DNA from: Porticoccaceae bacterium
GTDB taxonomy: Bacteria; Pseudomonadota; Gammaproteobacteria; Pseudomonadales; Porticoccaceae
Direction: 5' to 3'
NCBI GenBank assembly: GCA_049615065.1
Contig: JBMZEV010000001.1
Coordinates: forward strand, 9,195-73,194
DNA: 64,000 bases
Positions within the stretch are counted from its first letter, which is position 1. The number at the start of each line of letters is the position of its first letter. Under the pieces are notes generated by a model, which saw only the letters and a program-made list of their open reading frames with translations, did no database searches and was not told the origin of the DNA. Of the stretch, positions 42,580 to 52,796 are shown piece by piece. The translations under genes were made by a program, and so were the position numbers.

Positions 42580-43923
42580 GTGAATAATAATAATCGCGGG
42601 CAGTTTTATCTTTTTACCCAACGTCGTTTTTTGCCGTTTTTTATTACCCAATTTCTTGGCGCACTAAATGACAATTTATTTAAAAATGCCCTATTGGTCA
42701 TCGTGGTTAGCACAGCGATTAAAGCCACCGACAGCAGTACAAACTTTGTAACCAACCTTGCCGCCGGCTTATTTATTTTGCCGTTTTTCTTATTTTCCAC
42801 TTTGGCTGGCCATCTCGCGGACCGCTTTGACAAAGCCTATTTAATTCGACGCATTAAATTTGCTGAAATTATATTGATGCTGGCCGGTTGCTTTTCCCTA
42901 TGGCAGGCCAATATAAACCTGATGCTGGGGGTGCTATTTCTATTAGGAACCCAATCAGCGTTTTTTGGTCCGATAAAATATGCCATTATTCCGCAACATG
43001 TTGATAGCAACGAATTACTCGCTGCTAATGCCCAGGTGGGCATGGGAACCTTTGTATCCATATTACTTGGCACCCTGATTGGAGGCTGGCTGGTAACTGT
43101 CCCTCATGGCACAATGCAGTTAGGTGCATTAATTATATTAGTCGCTATTATTGGCTGGATCAGCAGCTGCCAAATACCAAAAGCACCACCGGAGAAAATA
43201 ACTTCTGAGATTAGGATTTCATTTAACCCTTTGCGCGAAACGGCTTTTAACTATAGCTTAGCAAAGCAGAATAAAACTGTAATTTACTGCATTTTTTCTA
43301 GCTCATGGTTTTGGCTATATGGTGCATGCTTTTTAACTCAGGTACCCAATTTTTCAGTGGCCATTTTAGGTGGCGACCCCAAATTAATATCGATTTTGCT
43401 TGGTAGCTTTATTATTGGTGTAGCTATTGGCTCCCTATGCTGTAACCGACTTTCACGAGGGCAAGTTGAACCCGGATTAGTGCCAATCGGTGCATTAGGC
43501 CTGAGTCTTTTTGCTATTGATCTGTATTTTTCCTCTAACTACTATGCCGCTATAAATCCTAGCGACAACAGCATAGCGCCTATAGCCTTTTTATCCATGA
43601 TGTCAGGCCTGAGAATACTGGCTGATTTATTATTTATTGGGCTTTTTGGCGGCTTATTTATCGTGCCTATTTATGCCATGATACAGCGCAATACTGACGG
43701 CAAAATCCGAGCCAGAGTGCTTTCTGTAAACAACATTTTTAATGCGTTATTTATGGTGGCCGGCAGCCTTTTAGGCATGCTGTTTTTAAGCCAACTGGGC
43801 TGGACTATTCCCCAGTTCTTTTTACTTCTGGCATGCTTCAATCTCACTTATATGGCAGCCATCTTCTATTTCGAGCCGGCCTTTATCCAAGCCCTTAAGC
43901 TATGGGCAAAACCCAAGCCATAG
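42580..43923 (+). CDS. MFS transporter, LplT/Aas-associated lysophospholipid transporter type
   Basis: RRFLPFFITQFLGALNDNLFKNAL and SAFFGPIKY motifs; about 12 TM segments. Confidence 0.8.
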   Translation: MNNNNRGQFYLFTQRRFLPFFITQFLGALNDNLFKNALLVIVVSTAIKATDSSTNFVTNLAAGLFILPFFLFSTLAGHLADRFDKAYLIRRIKFAEIILMLAGCFSLWQANINLMLGVLFLLGTQSAFFGPIKYAIIPQHVDSNELLAANAQVGMGTFVSILLGTLIGGWLVTVPHGTMQLGALIILVAIIGWISSCQIPKAPPEKITSEIRISFNPLRETAFNYSLAKQNKTVIYCIFSSSWFWLYGACFLTQVPNFSVAILGGDPKLISILLGSFIIGVAIGSLCCNRLSRGQVEPGLVPIGALGLSLFAIDLYFSSNYYAAINPSDNSIAPIAFLSMMSGLRILADLLFIGLFGGLFIVPIYAMIQRNTDGKIRARVLSVNNIFNALFMVAGSLLGMLFLSQLGWTIPQFFLLLACFNLTYMAAIFYFEPAFIQALKLWAKPKP

Positions 43924-44039
43924 GTAAAGAGTAAATAAAACTTATAAGCCCGACAATAACTGGTAATAATTAACTTTTTATCATTACAGCGTATGGGTTA
44001 AACTAACTGCTAAATCAAAGGTTTTGTCACGGCTAACTC

Positions 44040-44264
44040 ATGGTTCAATATATTTTACAAAGGTCGGACGGCCTCTATCTTGGCAAAGATTTAAGCTGGG
44101 CCGATAATAATAATTCGCTTTTTCATTCCGAGCATCAAGATGTTGCATTGAATAAACTTATTGAGCTCAACGCAAAGGATATAGCGCTTAGGGCCAAGGT
44201 AATAGCCTGTAACCTTGACGCCAGTGGCAACATTATTTGTGACAATTCATTAGAAATAGCCTAG
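44040..44264 (+). CDS. Hypothetical protein (74 aa)
   Basis: ATG ORF filling the gap, 11 nt before gshA, same strand. Confidence 0.6.
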   Translation: MVQYILQRSDGLYLGKDLSWADNNNSLFHSEHQDVALNKLIELNAKDIALRAKVIACNLDASGNIICDNSLEIA

Positions 44265-44275
44265 TTGAGAGCAAT

Positions 44276-45862
44276 ATGGCATCTTTAACTGATCGCTTAG
44301 CAATATTTGACAGTCCGAAAACAAGAAAATATTTGCGCGATATTGTTCGCGGTATCGAAAAGGAGAGCCTTCGAGTTTCGCCAAGTGGACATATTGCCAA
44401 TACGCAACACCCGAAAGCACTGGGTTCAGCCCTGAAACACCCTTCAATCACTACCGATTATTCCGAGGCTTTATTGGAGTTTATTACTGCACCTTCCTGC
44501 TCTATAGAACAGGTGCTAAACGAGCTTAATGATATTCACCGATTTACCTATCGCCAGATTGGCGACGAGCTACTCTGGGCTAGCAGCATGCCCTGCCAGC
44601 TTGGGGCTGATGACCAAATCCCAATAGCTAAGTATGGCTCTTCAAATATAGCCACCATGAAGCAAGTATACCGACTGGGTCTTGGCCATAGATATGGTCG
44701 CGCTATGCAAACTATTGCAGGGATTCACTATAATTTTTCTGTGCCTGACAAACTTTGGCTAGAATTACAGAGCCAACAGCAAAATACCCAATCATTACAA
44801 GATTTTAAATCTGCGGGTTATTTTCACCTTATTCGTAATTTTCGCCGCTATGCATGGTTGCTGCTCTATCTTTTGGGCGCCGCACCCGCCGTCTGCCGGA
44901 GTTTTGTCGCTAATCGTGATCACAAGTTAGCCCCTGTGGGACAAGACGATCACAGTCTGCACCAGCCCTATGCCACCTCACTGCGCATGGGCGATCTCGG
45001 CTATCAAAGTCAGGCGCAAAGCTGTGTGGATATTTCCTACAATAGCTTAACAGAATATGTCACATCTCTTAAAAGGGCATTAGTACAGCCCTACAAAGCC
45101 TATGACGATATTGGGCTGAAAGATGAGCAGGGTAACTATAAGCAGCTCAATACGCACCTGTTACAAATTGAAAATGAGTTTTATAGCTCTATAAGACCCA
45201 AGCGTACTGCAACCTCTGGAGAAACTCCTTTGCAAGCCCTGCAACAGGGCGGAGTAGAATATATTGAGGTTCGCTGCCTTGATGTAAACCCTCTTCTTGC
45301 ATGCGGTATTGATGCGCAAACAATTCGATTCTTGGATACCTTTCTTTTATTCTGCCTTTTAGCTGAAAGCGGCCCAAATACAAGTTGCGAATCAGCAGAA
45401 ATAGCTGAAAATATGTTACGTGTTGTTTATCAGGGTCGCGACCCTGAGCTGAAGCTTGAACGAAATAAGTCCAAACTCAAACTGTCGGACTGGGGTGGTG
45501 ATTTACTCTCGAAAATGCAACCAGTGGCTGAACAATTGAATATAGCCCATGGTAATCAGCACTACCTTGAGGCACTCAATACTATGCAGTCCGCTCTATT
45601 AGATTCAAGCATTACCCCTTCGGCATCTATGTTAACTGAGATGCAGGACAATAATGAAACATACTACCGCATGGCCATGCGCAAGGCACAAGAGCATAGA
45701 GAGTTCTTTCTAAGTGGCGAGCTTGATACAGCCATAACAGAACATTACCGTCATCTTGCGGCGGTGTCTCAGAAGCAACAAGCCAGCGAAGAAAAAAAAG
45801 ATCAACTTTCATTTGATAAGTATTTAGCTGATTATTGGAAGGCCTCAAAAACTACGCCGTAA
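44276..45862 (+). CDS. gshA: Glutamate-cysteine ligase
   Basis: RGIEKESLRV, ITTDYSEALLEFIT, LLQIENEFY and GVEYIEVR motifs. Confidence 0.97.
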   Translation: MASLTDRLAIFDSPKTRKYLRDIVRGIEKESLRVSPSGHIANTQHPKALGSALKHPSITTDYSEALLEFITAPSCSIEQVLNELNDIHRFTYRQIGDELLWASSMPCQLGADDQIPIAKYGSSNIATMKQVYRLGLGHRYGRAMQTIAGIHYNFSVPDKLWLELQSQQQNTQSLQDFKSAGYFHLIRNFRRYAWLLLYLLGAAPAVCRSFVANRDHKLAPVGQDDHSLHQPYATSLRMGDLGYQSQAQSCVDISYNSLTEYVTSLKRALVQPYKAYDDIGLKDEQGNYKQLNTHLLQIENEFYSSIRPKRTATSGETPLQALQQGGVEYIEVRCLDVNPLLACGIDAQTIRFLDTFLLFCLLAESGPNTSCESAEIAENMLRVVYQGRDPELKLERNKSKLKLSDWGGDLLSKMQPVAEQLNIAHGNQHYLEALNTMQSALLDSSITPSASMLTEMQDNNETYYRMAMRKAQEHREFFLSGELDTAITEHYRHLAAVSQKQQASEEKKDQLSFDKYLADYWKASKTTP

Positions 45863-45911
45863 ATTGATCAAATGATATACAATTGCCGAATCACAATTCT
45901 GGGAAATACCT

Positions 45912-46406
45912 ATGCAGCTACCAAGCCATAGAGCTTTAAACGCGCTCCAAGCCCTTACAGGAATTCTTTTAATTTTTGTTGCTGTGTTTTATTTTCAAAA
46001 TCATTTACAGCTAGAACCCTGCTATCTATGTATTACCCAGCGTGTATTTGTGATTGCAATCGCTCTCGTTTGCGCCTTTGCCGTATGGCACAACCCGGGA
46101 CAGCGCGGACAAAAAACCTACGCTAGCATATCCACAATACTGGCAGTTATTGGCAGTTATTTCTCGCTGAAACAACTTTGGCTACAGGGCTTACCTGAAG
46201 ATCAGGTGCCAGCATGTGGCGTTCCAGTTGATTACTTGTTCGACGTTTTCTCCTTATCCGAAGCATTATCACACCTACTTAAAGGCGATGGAAACTGTGC
46301 TGAAGTGCAGTGGCAATTGCTTGGCCTTAGCATGCCTGGCTGGGTTCTTGTTGCCTTTGTTGGCTATGCGCTCTTAGGTATTTTTCAGCTTATTCGCAAG
46401 GCATAA
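45912..46406 (+). CDS. dsbB: Disulfide bond formation protein DsbB
   Basis: LEPCYLCITQR, PACG, GNCAEVQW and LGLSMP motifs. Confidence 0.95.
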   Translation: MQLPSHRALNALQALTGILLIFVAVFYFQNHLQLEPCYLCITQRVFVIAIALVCAFAVWHNPGQRGQKTYASISTILAVIGSYFSLKQLWLQGLPEDQVPACGVPVDYLFDVFSLSEALSHLLKGDGNCAEVQWQLLGLSMPGWVLVAFVGYALLGIFQLIRKA

Positions 46407-46477
46407 AGCTATAGGCTATTAAATAAAACTTTTCCATTTCCAGTATTAAGAGTAAGCTATTAAAGAAAAAATGGACT

Positions 46478-46978
46478 ATGGAAACTTTTATGGAAGACAA
46501 AAATTTAAAGCCCAATGAATTTTGGCCCTGGGTACACGAACGCATAAAACACTGGCTTGAAGCTCGTCGCATGCTTCTTGTTACCTTTTGTGAACTCAGT
46601 AACATCGAAGATTTTCATGATGATGACCTTGCTCAAGGTCGTCTATTGCAAACCTTTTGCCAGCAACTTGTTGATTATATTTCAGAGGGACACTTTGAAA
46701 TTTTTGAGCAGCTTATAAACGAAGGGCATTTATTTAATGATGCCGAAGCCTTAGCTTCAGGAAAAAAACTTCTGCCCGCTATCTACGCTCTTACTGATCT
46801 TATATTGGACTTCAATGATAAGTATTTGGCCACCGATGACCTATCTTCTGTGGCTATTGATCTATCAAATCTAGGAGAGCATATGGCTCAAAGGTTTGAA
46901 ATAGAGGACAATATGGTGAATATCTTGCACAGTGCCCACTATCAACAGGTACTAATCTCTAAAAAGCCTATTAATTAA
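46478..46978 (+). CDS. rsd: Anti-sigma70 factor Rsd/AlgQ
   Basis: FCQQLVDYISEGHFEIF, FNDKY and RFEIED motifs. Confidence 0.93.
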   Translation: METFMEDKNLKPNEFWPWVHERIKHWLEARRMLLVTFCELSNIEDFHDDDLAQGRLLQTFCQQLVDYISEGHFEIFEQLINEGHLFNDAEALASGKKLLPAIYALTDLILDFNDKYLATDDLSSVAIDLSNLGEHMAQRFEIEDNMVNILHSAHYQQVLISKKPIN

Positions 46979-46987
46979 AATCGTCAC

Positions 46988-47017
46988 AAAAAAAGCCTCG
47001 CTAAAGAACGAGGCTTT
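46988..47017. terminator. Bidirectional intrinsic terminator between rsd and FKBP gene
   Basis: A7-GCCTCG-ctaaagaa-CGAGGC-TTT. Confidence 0.8.
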
Positions 47018-47036
47018 CAGTAAAGCTTGAACAATG

Positions 47037-47777
47037 TTAACCCTTTTCAGGCTTTTTCACATCCGCTTGCAGTAATTCAACCTCAAAAATCAACACTGCA
47101 TTTGGCCCTATAGGTCCCTGACCACCGGCACCGTAACCCAAATCTGCAGGAATATATAGCTCCCACTTAGAACCCTCAGGCATTAACTGCAAAGCCTCTG
47201 TCCAGCCAGGAATAACCTGTGTCACACCAAATTTAACTGGAGCGCCGCGCTTGATAGAGCTATCAAACTCAGTGCCATCTAAAAGCTTGCCCGCATAATG
47301 CACTTCAACAGTACTTTTATCGCCCGGTTTAGGCCCAGTCCCTGCAGTAATTACTTTATATTGAAGCCCAGATTCAGTTGTTACAACACCCTCTTTGGCA
47401 CCATTTGCCTCAAGGAAGGCCGCCCCTTCTTTTAAATTAGCTGCTGACTCAAGTTCAGCGGCTTCCTGCTCTACTTTTTGCATTTCTTCTCGCTTAGCCA
47501 TCATTTGTTTTTGAAATTCTTGGATAACCTTGGTGGTCTCCTCGTCATCAAGCTTAGACTCCAGCTTATCAAAACCGTCAGAAAAACCCTGCTGATAAGC
47601 CGCAAGATCTAGATCTATACCTGTAGACCCTATACCTTTTCCATTTTCTATACCCATTAGATAACTGACTTTTTGATCTTGAGTCTCTATTACAGCCATT
47701 TCAGGCTCCACTACTTTGTCATGACCACAGGCGGTAATTCCCAGTGCAATCATTGAAACCAGGCTAATTTTTTTCAT
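47037..47777 (-). CDS. FKBP-type peptidyl-prolyl isomerase (FkpA/Mip family), predicted lipoprotein
   Basis: Lipobox ITAC; SGLQYKV, VHYAG, FDSS, VIPGWTEAL and LIFEVEL motifs. Confidence 0.93.
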   Translation of the reverse strand: MKKISLVSMIALGITACGHDKVVEPEMAVIETQDQKVSYLMGIENGKGIGSTGIDLDLAAYQQGFSDGFDKLESKLDDEETTKVIQEFQKQMMAKREEMQKVEQEAAELESAANLKEGAAFLEANGAKEGVVTTESGLQYKVITAGTGPKPGDKSTVEVHYAGKLLDGTEFDSSIKRGAPVKFGVTQVIPGWTEALQLMPEGSKWELYIPADLGYGAGGQGPIGPNAVLIFEVELLQADVKKPEKG

Positions 47778-47832
47778 CTTGTATTCCTAATAAATTAAGT
47801 TAAATTTTCTATTAAATAGTTTAGGCTATTTT

Positions 47833-47859
47833 TTAGACTAAACAACCTTTAAATAGTTC
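47833..47859 (-). promoter_or_regulatory. Candidate RpoE/AlgU (sigmaE) promoter for FKBP gene
   Basis: Minus strand GAACTA-N16-TCTAA; fkpA is a known sigmaE regulon member in enterobacteria. Confidence 0.6.
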
Positions 47860-47891
47860 GTTACCACTATAATTGTGTTCTCAATAGTCAC

Positions 47892-48581
47892 TTAAAGCAC
47901 TCTCTGTGCCATAAGATCCCATACGCCATGACCGAGCTTTTCTCCACGCCGCTCAAATTTAGTCAGCGGTCTAAAGTCAGGTCTCGGCATATAATCTTCT
48001 GCCAAATTTTCAAAGCCCTCGGCCTCGCTGATTAGTTCCAGCATCTGCTCGGCATAGGGTTGCCAATCTGTTGCCATATGCAGAACCCCGCTTAATTGCA
48101 GTTTTTGACGGATTAATTGTAAAAATTTAGGCTGAATAATGCGTCGTTTATTATGCTTCTTTTTATGCCAGGGGTCTGGAAAATATATCTGCACCCTATC
48201 CAAACTATTATCTGCAAAGCATTCATTTAGAACATCAGTTGCATCGGCAAGATAAACTTTTAAGTTGGTTAACTGTTTTTCTTCAGCAGCATTTATTAGG
48301 CTTCCTACACCCGGCGGATGAACCTCTATTCCAATAAAATCGGTTTCCGGCTGTGCTTCTACCATTTCAAGCAACGAGCCGCCCATGCCAAAACCTATTT
48401 CAACAACCTTGGGGTTATCCCGACCAAATAGTGCATTTATATCTACCATGCCATCGGCTAAATGCAGGCCATAGGAGTCCCAACCCGACTCAAACGCTGT
48501 TCGCTGCGCCTTGGTCATACGGCCGGCTCTTACCACAAAGCTACGAATAGTTTTATCGCGATATTCTGGTTTAATTTCCAT
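47892..48581 (-). CDS. trmB: tRNA (guanine-N7)-methyltransferase
   Basis: EIGFGMG, FPDPWHK, ATDW and TKFE motifs. Confidence 0.97.
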   Translation of the reverse strand: MEIKPEYRDKTIRSFVVRAGRMTKAQRTAFESGWDSYGLHLADGMVDINALFGRDNPKVVEIGFGMGGSLLEMVEAQPETDFIGIEVHPPGVGSLINAAEEKQLTNLKVYLADATDVLNECFADNSLDRVQIYFPDPWHKKKHNKRRIIQPKFLQLIRQKLQLSGVLHMATDWQPYAEQMLELISEAEGFENLAEDYMPRPDFRPLTKFERRGEKLGHGVWDLMAQRVL

Positions 48582-48959
48582 CTAATTTTCTCTTATTGCA
48601 GCTAGCAGTAACATTATCCAGCCAATCATAAATGATAACCCGCCCAACGGGGTAATTATGGCTAACTTTGAAATATTCGTCGCAATAAGCACGTACAGAG
48701 AGCCGCAAAAAAGAATAATTCCTAGGAGGAAAAAGCCTGCAGCATATTTTTTCCAGCGCGGCGCTAATAACTTATCATCGATACAGATAAGGCCAAATAA
48801 TGCGAGAGTATGAAATATGTGGTACTCGACCGCAGTATTGAAGGTTTCAATGCGTTGGGCTGTTAAAATGCCCTCCAACACATGGGCAGTAAAAGCGCCT
48901 AGAAGAACTGACAGCAGCCCATTAACTGCTATAACTTTTATCCAAAATAATTTATTCAT
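48582..48959 (-). CDS. DUF423 (YgdD/TMEM256) membrane protein
   Basis: GAFTAH, YHIFH, LFCGSLY and ITPLGG motifs. Confidence 0.9.
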   Translation of the reverse strand: MNKLFWIKVIAVNGLLSVLLGAFTAHVLEGILTAQRIETFNTAVEYHIFHTLALFGLICIDDKLLAPRWKKYAAGFFLLGIILFCGSLYVLIATNISKLAIITPLGGLSFMIGWIMLLLAAIREN

Positions 48960-48965
48960 AGGTAT

Positions 48966-49003
48966 AAAAAAACCGCACAGTTACAACTCTAGAGTGCGGT
49001 TTT
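48966..49003 (-). terminator. Intrinsic terminator after rpoH
   Basis: AAAACCGCAC...GTGCGGTTTT inverted repeat, with T7 on the minus strand. Confidence 0.75.
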
Positions 49004-49020
49004 ATCAATTTCTTAGTTGA

Positions 49021-49878
49021 TTAGGCTTCCATAGCGGCGCGAACTTTTGTCATAGCATTTTTTTCAAGTTGGCGAATTCTTTCTGCTGAGACACCATACT
49101 CATCCGCCAGCTGGTGGAGTGTCGCCTTATTATCGTCAAGCCAGCGTCGTTGGAGTATATCCTGGCTTCTCTGATCTAGCGCTTTAACGGCCGATCCAAG
49201 ACGCAAGTTACTATCACTTTCAAAATTCTGCTTTTCAATTTGCTCTGCCGGATCTGCGCTTTTATCTTCAAGGTACAGCGCCGGAGCATAAACCGGCTTG
49301 TTATCATCATCTTCATCGTCGGGCGCATCAAAACAAGCATCATGAGCTGAAAGGCGCATTTCCATTTCCATGACATCTTTGACTTCAACGCCTAAATCAT
49401 CGGCAACCGCCTGCGCTTCGTCAGCAGAAAGCCATTGCAGCTGCTTTTTGGCACTGCGAAGATTAAAGAATAATTTGCGTTGAGACTTAGTGGTAGCAAC
49501 CTTAACGATTCTCCAGTTGCGAAGAATAAATTCATGAATCTCGGCCTTAATCCAGTGCACTGCAAAGGACACCAGACGGGCTCCCTTTTCTGGGTTAAAC
49601 CGCTTAACCGCCTTCATTAACCCCACATTGCCCTCTTGGATTAGGTCGCCTAGTGGTAGGCCATAACCGTTGTAAGATCGGGCAATATGAACAACGAATC
49701 GCAGATGGGACATAACGAGTCGTCGTGCAGCATCAAGATCATCCTGGTAGTACAGCGCTTCGCCAAGCTCGCGCTCTTCATCCAAGGTTAAGATTGGCAC
49801 AGTAGCAGTCCCCTGAATGTAGGCATTCAGGTTAGCGCCAGGACTCATCCAATCCATTGTTTGTAGCGAATTGCTCAT
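49021..49878 (-). CDS. rpoH: RNA polymerase sigma-32
   Basis: [14 protein letters not shown] and RpoH box QRKLFFNLR; downstream of ftsX; TGcTATAAT on the minus strand at 49908-49916. Confidence 0.97.
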   Translation of the reverse strand: MSNSLQTMDWMSPGANLNAYIQGTATVPILTLDEERELGEALYYQDDLDAARRLVMSHLRFVVHIARSYNGYGLPLGDLIQEGNVGLMKAVKRFNPEKGARLVSFAVHWIKAEIHEFILRNWRIVKVATTKSQRKLFFNLRSAKKQLQWLSADEAQAVADDLGVEVKDVMEMEMRLSAHDACFDAPDDEDDDNKPVYAPALYLEDKSADPAEQIEKQNFESDSNLRLGSAVKALDQRSQDILQRRWLDDNKATLHQLADEYGVSAERIRQLEKNAMTKVRAAMEA

Positions 49879-49981
49879 ACTAAAATAATCTCAGGTCTCA
49901 GCCACCCATTATAGCATTATTATTCAAATAGTGCCTAATTCGGAGAAATTCAAGTCTATAACCAAGTTTACGACTCTATTT

Positions 49982-50983
49982 CTATCTTGGTTTGATATCT
50001 TTAAGATGTTTTCCCACCGCCAGCCATGAACCACAAAGTCCGAGCCCAGCACCTACTGCAATCAATGCCATAGAGCCTTTTAATCCAGGACCTAGCAGCC
50101 TAAATTGTCCGCCATAAAGATCGCTAAGCTGAGCGACAGAAGCTCCCAGCCACCAAAAGCCAATCACTAAAACAAATACAGCACCCATGGCGCCGATTAG
50201 ACCCATCAGCATACCAGAATACAAAAAAGGTCTTCTAACATAGGCATCGGTGCCGCCGACCAACTTAACCACAATAATTTCTTCGCGGCGATTGTGAATC
50301 GCTAATCTAATGCTATTGCCAATAATCACTAACACCCCTAAGCCTAATGCAGCACCCAGCGCCAATACAATTTTTTGCCCTATTTGCGCCAAGCTTCTTA
50401 ATCGCTGCAGCCACAACATGTCAATATGCACGTCTTCGAGGCGGTCTATTTGACTTATTTTTGCCAACAGCTGTTGCACTTGATCAGTCATCATTGGCTC
50501 AGAAATTTGCGGATCAATTACAAATACCGGTGGCAATGGATTGCTTTCTAAGTGATTAAGCGCCGCGCCAAAACCAGAGTTTTGAGTAAATTCCTGCATA
50601 GCCTGCTCGGGTGAAATATAAACCAACGAGGCAACTTCTGGCATCAATTGCAGCTGACCTTGAATACTGGCAATCTGTTCGTTGCTGGCATTAATATCTA
50701 CATAGGCGGTGATTTGAGAAAAGGATTCAAAACTATTCTCAAATTGTCGCGTATTTTCAAGCGCTAAGAAAAGCGTCGCTGGCAGTGATAACGCAATGGC
50801 TATCACTAAACTGGTCAGTATTGTTTGCAATGGGTCCTGAAAAAGCCTTTTAAAACTGTCTTGAAAGGCATGTGAATGGTGACCTAGACTAGCTTTTACA
50901 ACAACTCCAACCCCAACCCTTGCTCCGATAGCACCACGCCGATTTTTTGCGCTAGATGACTGAGCCATAGGTGCCTCCATCAT
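49982..50983 (-). CDS. ftsX: Cell division permease FtsX
   Basis: NPLP, IGNSIRL and LVGGTDAYVRRPFLY motifs. Confidence 0.95.
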   Translation of the reverse strand: MMEAPMAQSSSAKNRRGAIGARVGVGVVVKASLGHHSHAFQDSFKRLFQDPLQTILTSLVIAIALSLPATLFLALENTRQFENSFESFSQITAYVDINASNEQIASIQGQLQLMPEVASLVYISPEQAMQEFTQNSGFGAALNHLESNPLPPVFVIDPQISEPMMTDQVQQLLAKISQIDRLEDVHIDMLWLQRLRSLAQIGQKIVLALGAALGLGVLVIIGNSIRLAIHNRREEIIVVKLVGGTDAYVRRPFLYSGMLMGLIGAMGAVFVLVIGFWWLGASVAQLSDLYGGQFRLLGPGLKGSMALIAVGAGLGLCGSWLAVGKHLKDIKPR

Positions 50984-51632
50984 CCGCCACCATCCCCTGA
51001 TGCAAACGAATTATTCTACAATTCATTTGATTGATTAGTTCAATATCATGGGTAGCAATTAATACCGTAACCCCTACGTCCTGAAAGCGTCTGAACAGCG
51101 CCATAATCTCCGCCGATAATGCTGGATCAAGATTTCCCGTTGGCTCATCCGCTAACAGTATTCGAGGCTTGTGAACCACCGCCCGAGCAATGCCCACTCG
51201 CTGTTGCTCGCCCCCGGAAAGCATCGTCGGGCTATGTCGCTCTTTCGACAACAAGCCCACAGCGTCCAATGCCGCGCGAACTCGACGACCAATTTCTTTG
51301 CGCGGCTGCCCCGCGACTTGCAGCGGCAATGCCACATTGTCGTAGACACTGCGATCCATTAATAATTGGTGGTCTTGAAAAACAACGCCTAACTGGCGAC
51401 GATAACTGGGAATTTTACTATTAGCCAAGCGATTTATATTTTTGCCATTAATTAGCAAAGTGCCTGAACTGGGGCGTTCCAGAAGCATTAACAGCTTGAG
51501 TAATGTGCTTTTTCCGGCACCAGAATGGCCGGTTAAAAAGGCAAGTTCGCCGGCATCCATATGCAAATTGATACTCTTGAGCACTTCGTCACCCCCTGAG
51601 TAACGCTTGCTGAGATTATCAAAATGAATCAT
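50952..51632 (-). CDS. ftsE: Cell division ATP-binding protein FtsE
   Basis: GHSGAGKSTL, LSGGEQQRV and ADEPTGNLD motifs. Confidence 0.96.
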   Translation of the reverse strand: MIHFDNLSKRYSGGDEVLKSINLHMDAGELAFLTGHSGAGKSTLLKLLMLLERPSSGTLLINGKNINRLANSKIPSYRRQLGVVFQDHQLLMDRSVYDNVALPLQVAGQPRKEIGRRVRAALDAVGLLSKERHSPTMLSGGEQQRVGIARAVVHKPRILLADEPTGNLDPALSAEIMALFRRFQDVGVTVLIATHDIELINQMNCRIIRLHQGMVADDGGTYGSVI

Positions 51633-51635
51633 CGC

Positions 51636-52673
51636 TTATTCGCCTTCCTCAGCGCCCATTAATGCTTCTATAAAATCACTGGCAACAAACGATTGAAGAT
51701 CATCCTGCCCCTCCCCGACACCAATATAACGTATGGGTGTTGCAAACTGCTCGGCAAGTGCAAAAATAACACCGCCCTTGGCGGTGCCATCTAATTTGGT
51801 TAGCGCAATACCAGATACGCCAACGGACTGAGTAAATTGGCTCATTTGAGCAACGGCATTTTGACCCGTGCCTGCATCAAGCACCAATAACACTTCATGC
51901 GGCGCGGCACTATCAAGCTTTCCAGCCACGCGTTTAACTTTTTCTAGCTCTTCCATAAGGTTACTTTTGTTATGCAGCCTTCCCGCCGTATCTGCAATAA
52001 CCACATCAATACCGCGATGTTTAGCGGCCTGAATCGCATCAAAGATAACCGAGGCACTATCCGCACCCGTATGTTGCGCCACAACAGGTATCTGGTTGCG
52101 CTCTCCCCATGCTTGAAGCTGCTCCACAGCGGCGGCTCTAAAGGTGTCACCGGCGGCCAAAAGCACCGATTTGCCCTGCTGTTTTAAGCGATTGGCTATT
52201 TTTCCAATCGTCGTTGTTTTACCTACACCATTTACCCCAACCACCAAAATCACATAGGGACCATTGTCTGACTCTGGACTCAGGGCCATTTCACAGGGCT
52301 GGAGCTTGGCATGTAATAATTTCTTAAGCGCGGAATGAAGTGCTGCGCCATCTTGGAGCTGATTTCGTTTAACTTGCTCGGTAAGTTGTTTAATTATGGA
52401 CTCCGTAACCTCAATGCCGACATCGGCGACTAGTAACAGGGTTTCCAGCTCTTCTAGAATGTCTGCATCTATAACTTTTTTGCCAAGAAATAAACTGCCA
52501 AAACCACTGCTGGTTCGCGCCAACGCCTTGCGCATTCGCCCGATAAATGTCTGAGTTGTTTTTTTCTCGCCAGAAGCCTGTTGGTCTTCGCCTTCCAGCA
52601 AATCGTTACTTTCAGTCTCTGAATTATTGCGTTTAAAGCGATCAAAAAAAGATTTTTTCTGCGGCTGCTCCAT
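51636..52673 (-). CDS. ftsY: SRP receptor FtsY
   Basis: GVNGVGKTTT, DTFRAAA, DTAGR and TKLDGTAKGG motifs. Confidence 0.97.
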   Translation of the reverse strand: MEQPQKKSFFDRFKRNNSETESNDLLEGEDQQASGEKKTTQTFIGRMRKALARTSSGFGSLFLGKKVIDADILEELETLLLVADVGIEVTESIIKQLTEQVKRNQLQDGAALHSALKKLLHAKLQPCEMALSPESDNGPYVILVVGVNGVGKTTTIGKIANRLKQQGKSVLLAAGDTFRAAAVEQLQAWGERNQIPVVAQHTGADSASVIFDAIQAAKHRGIDVVIADTAGRLHNKSNLMEELEKVKRVAGKLDSAAPHEVLLVLDAGTGQNAVAQMSQFTQSVGVSGIALTKLDGTAKGGVIFALAEQFATPIRYIGVGEGQDDLQSFVASDFIEALMGAEEGE

Positions 52674-52796
52674 TGATTCAAAAACTCCAATTACAAAAAG
52701 GTGGGTTTACAGAGTGGTTAGTATCTAGTGTATCCTATCCCTGACAGCAGTCCCATAAAAATGGGCGTAAATAATTATTCTATATGAGGCTTTTCA

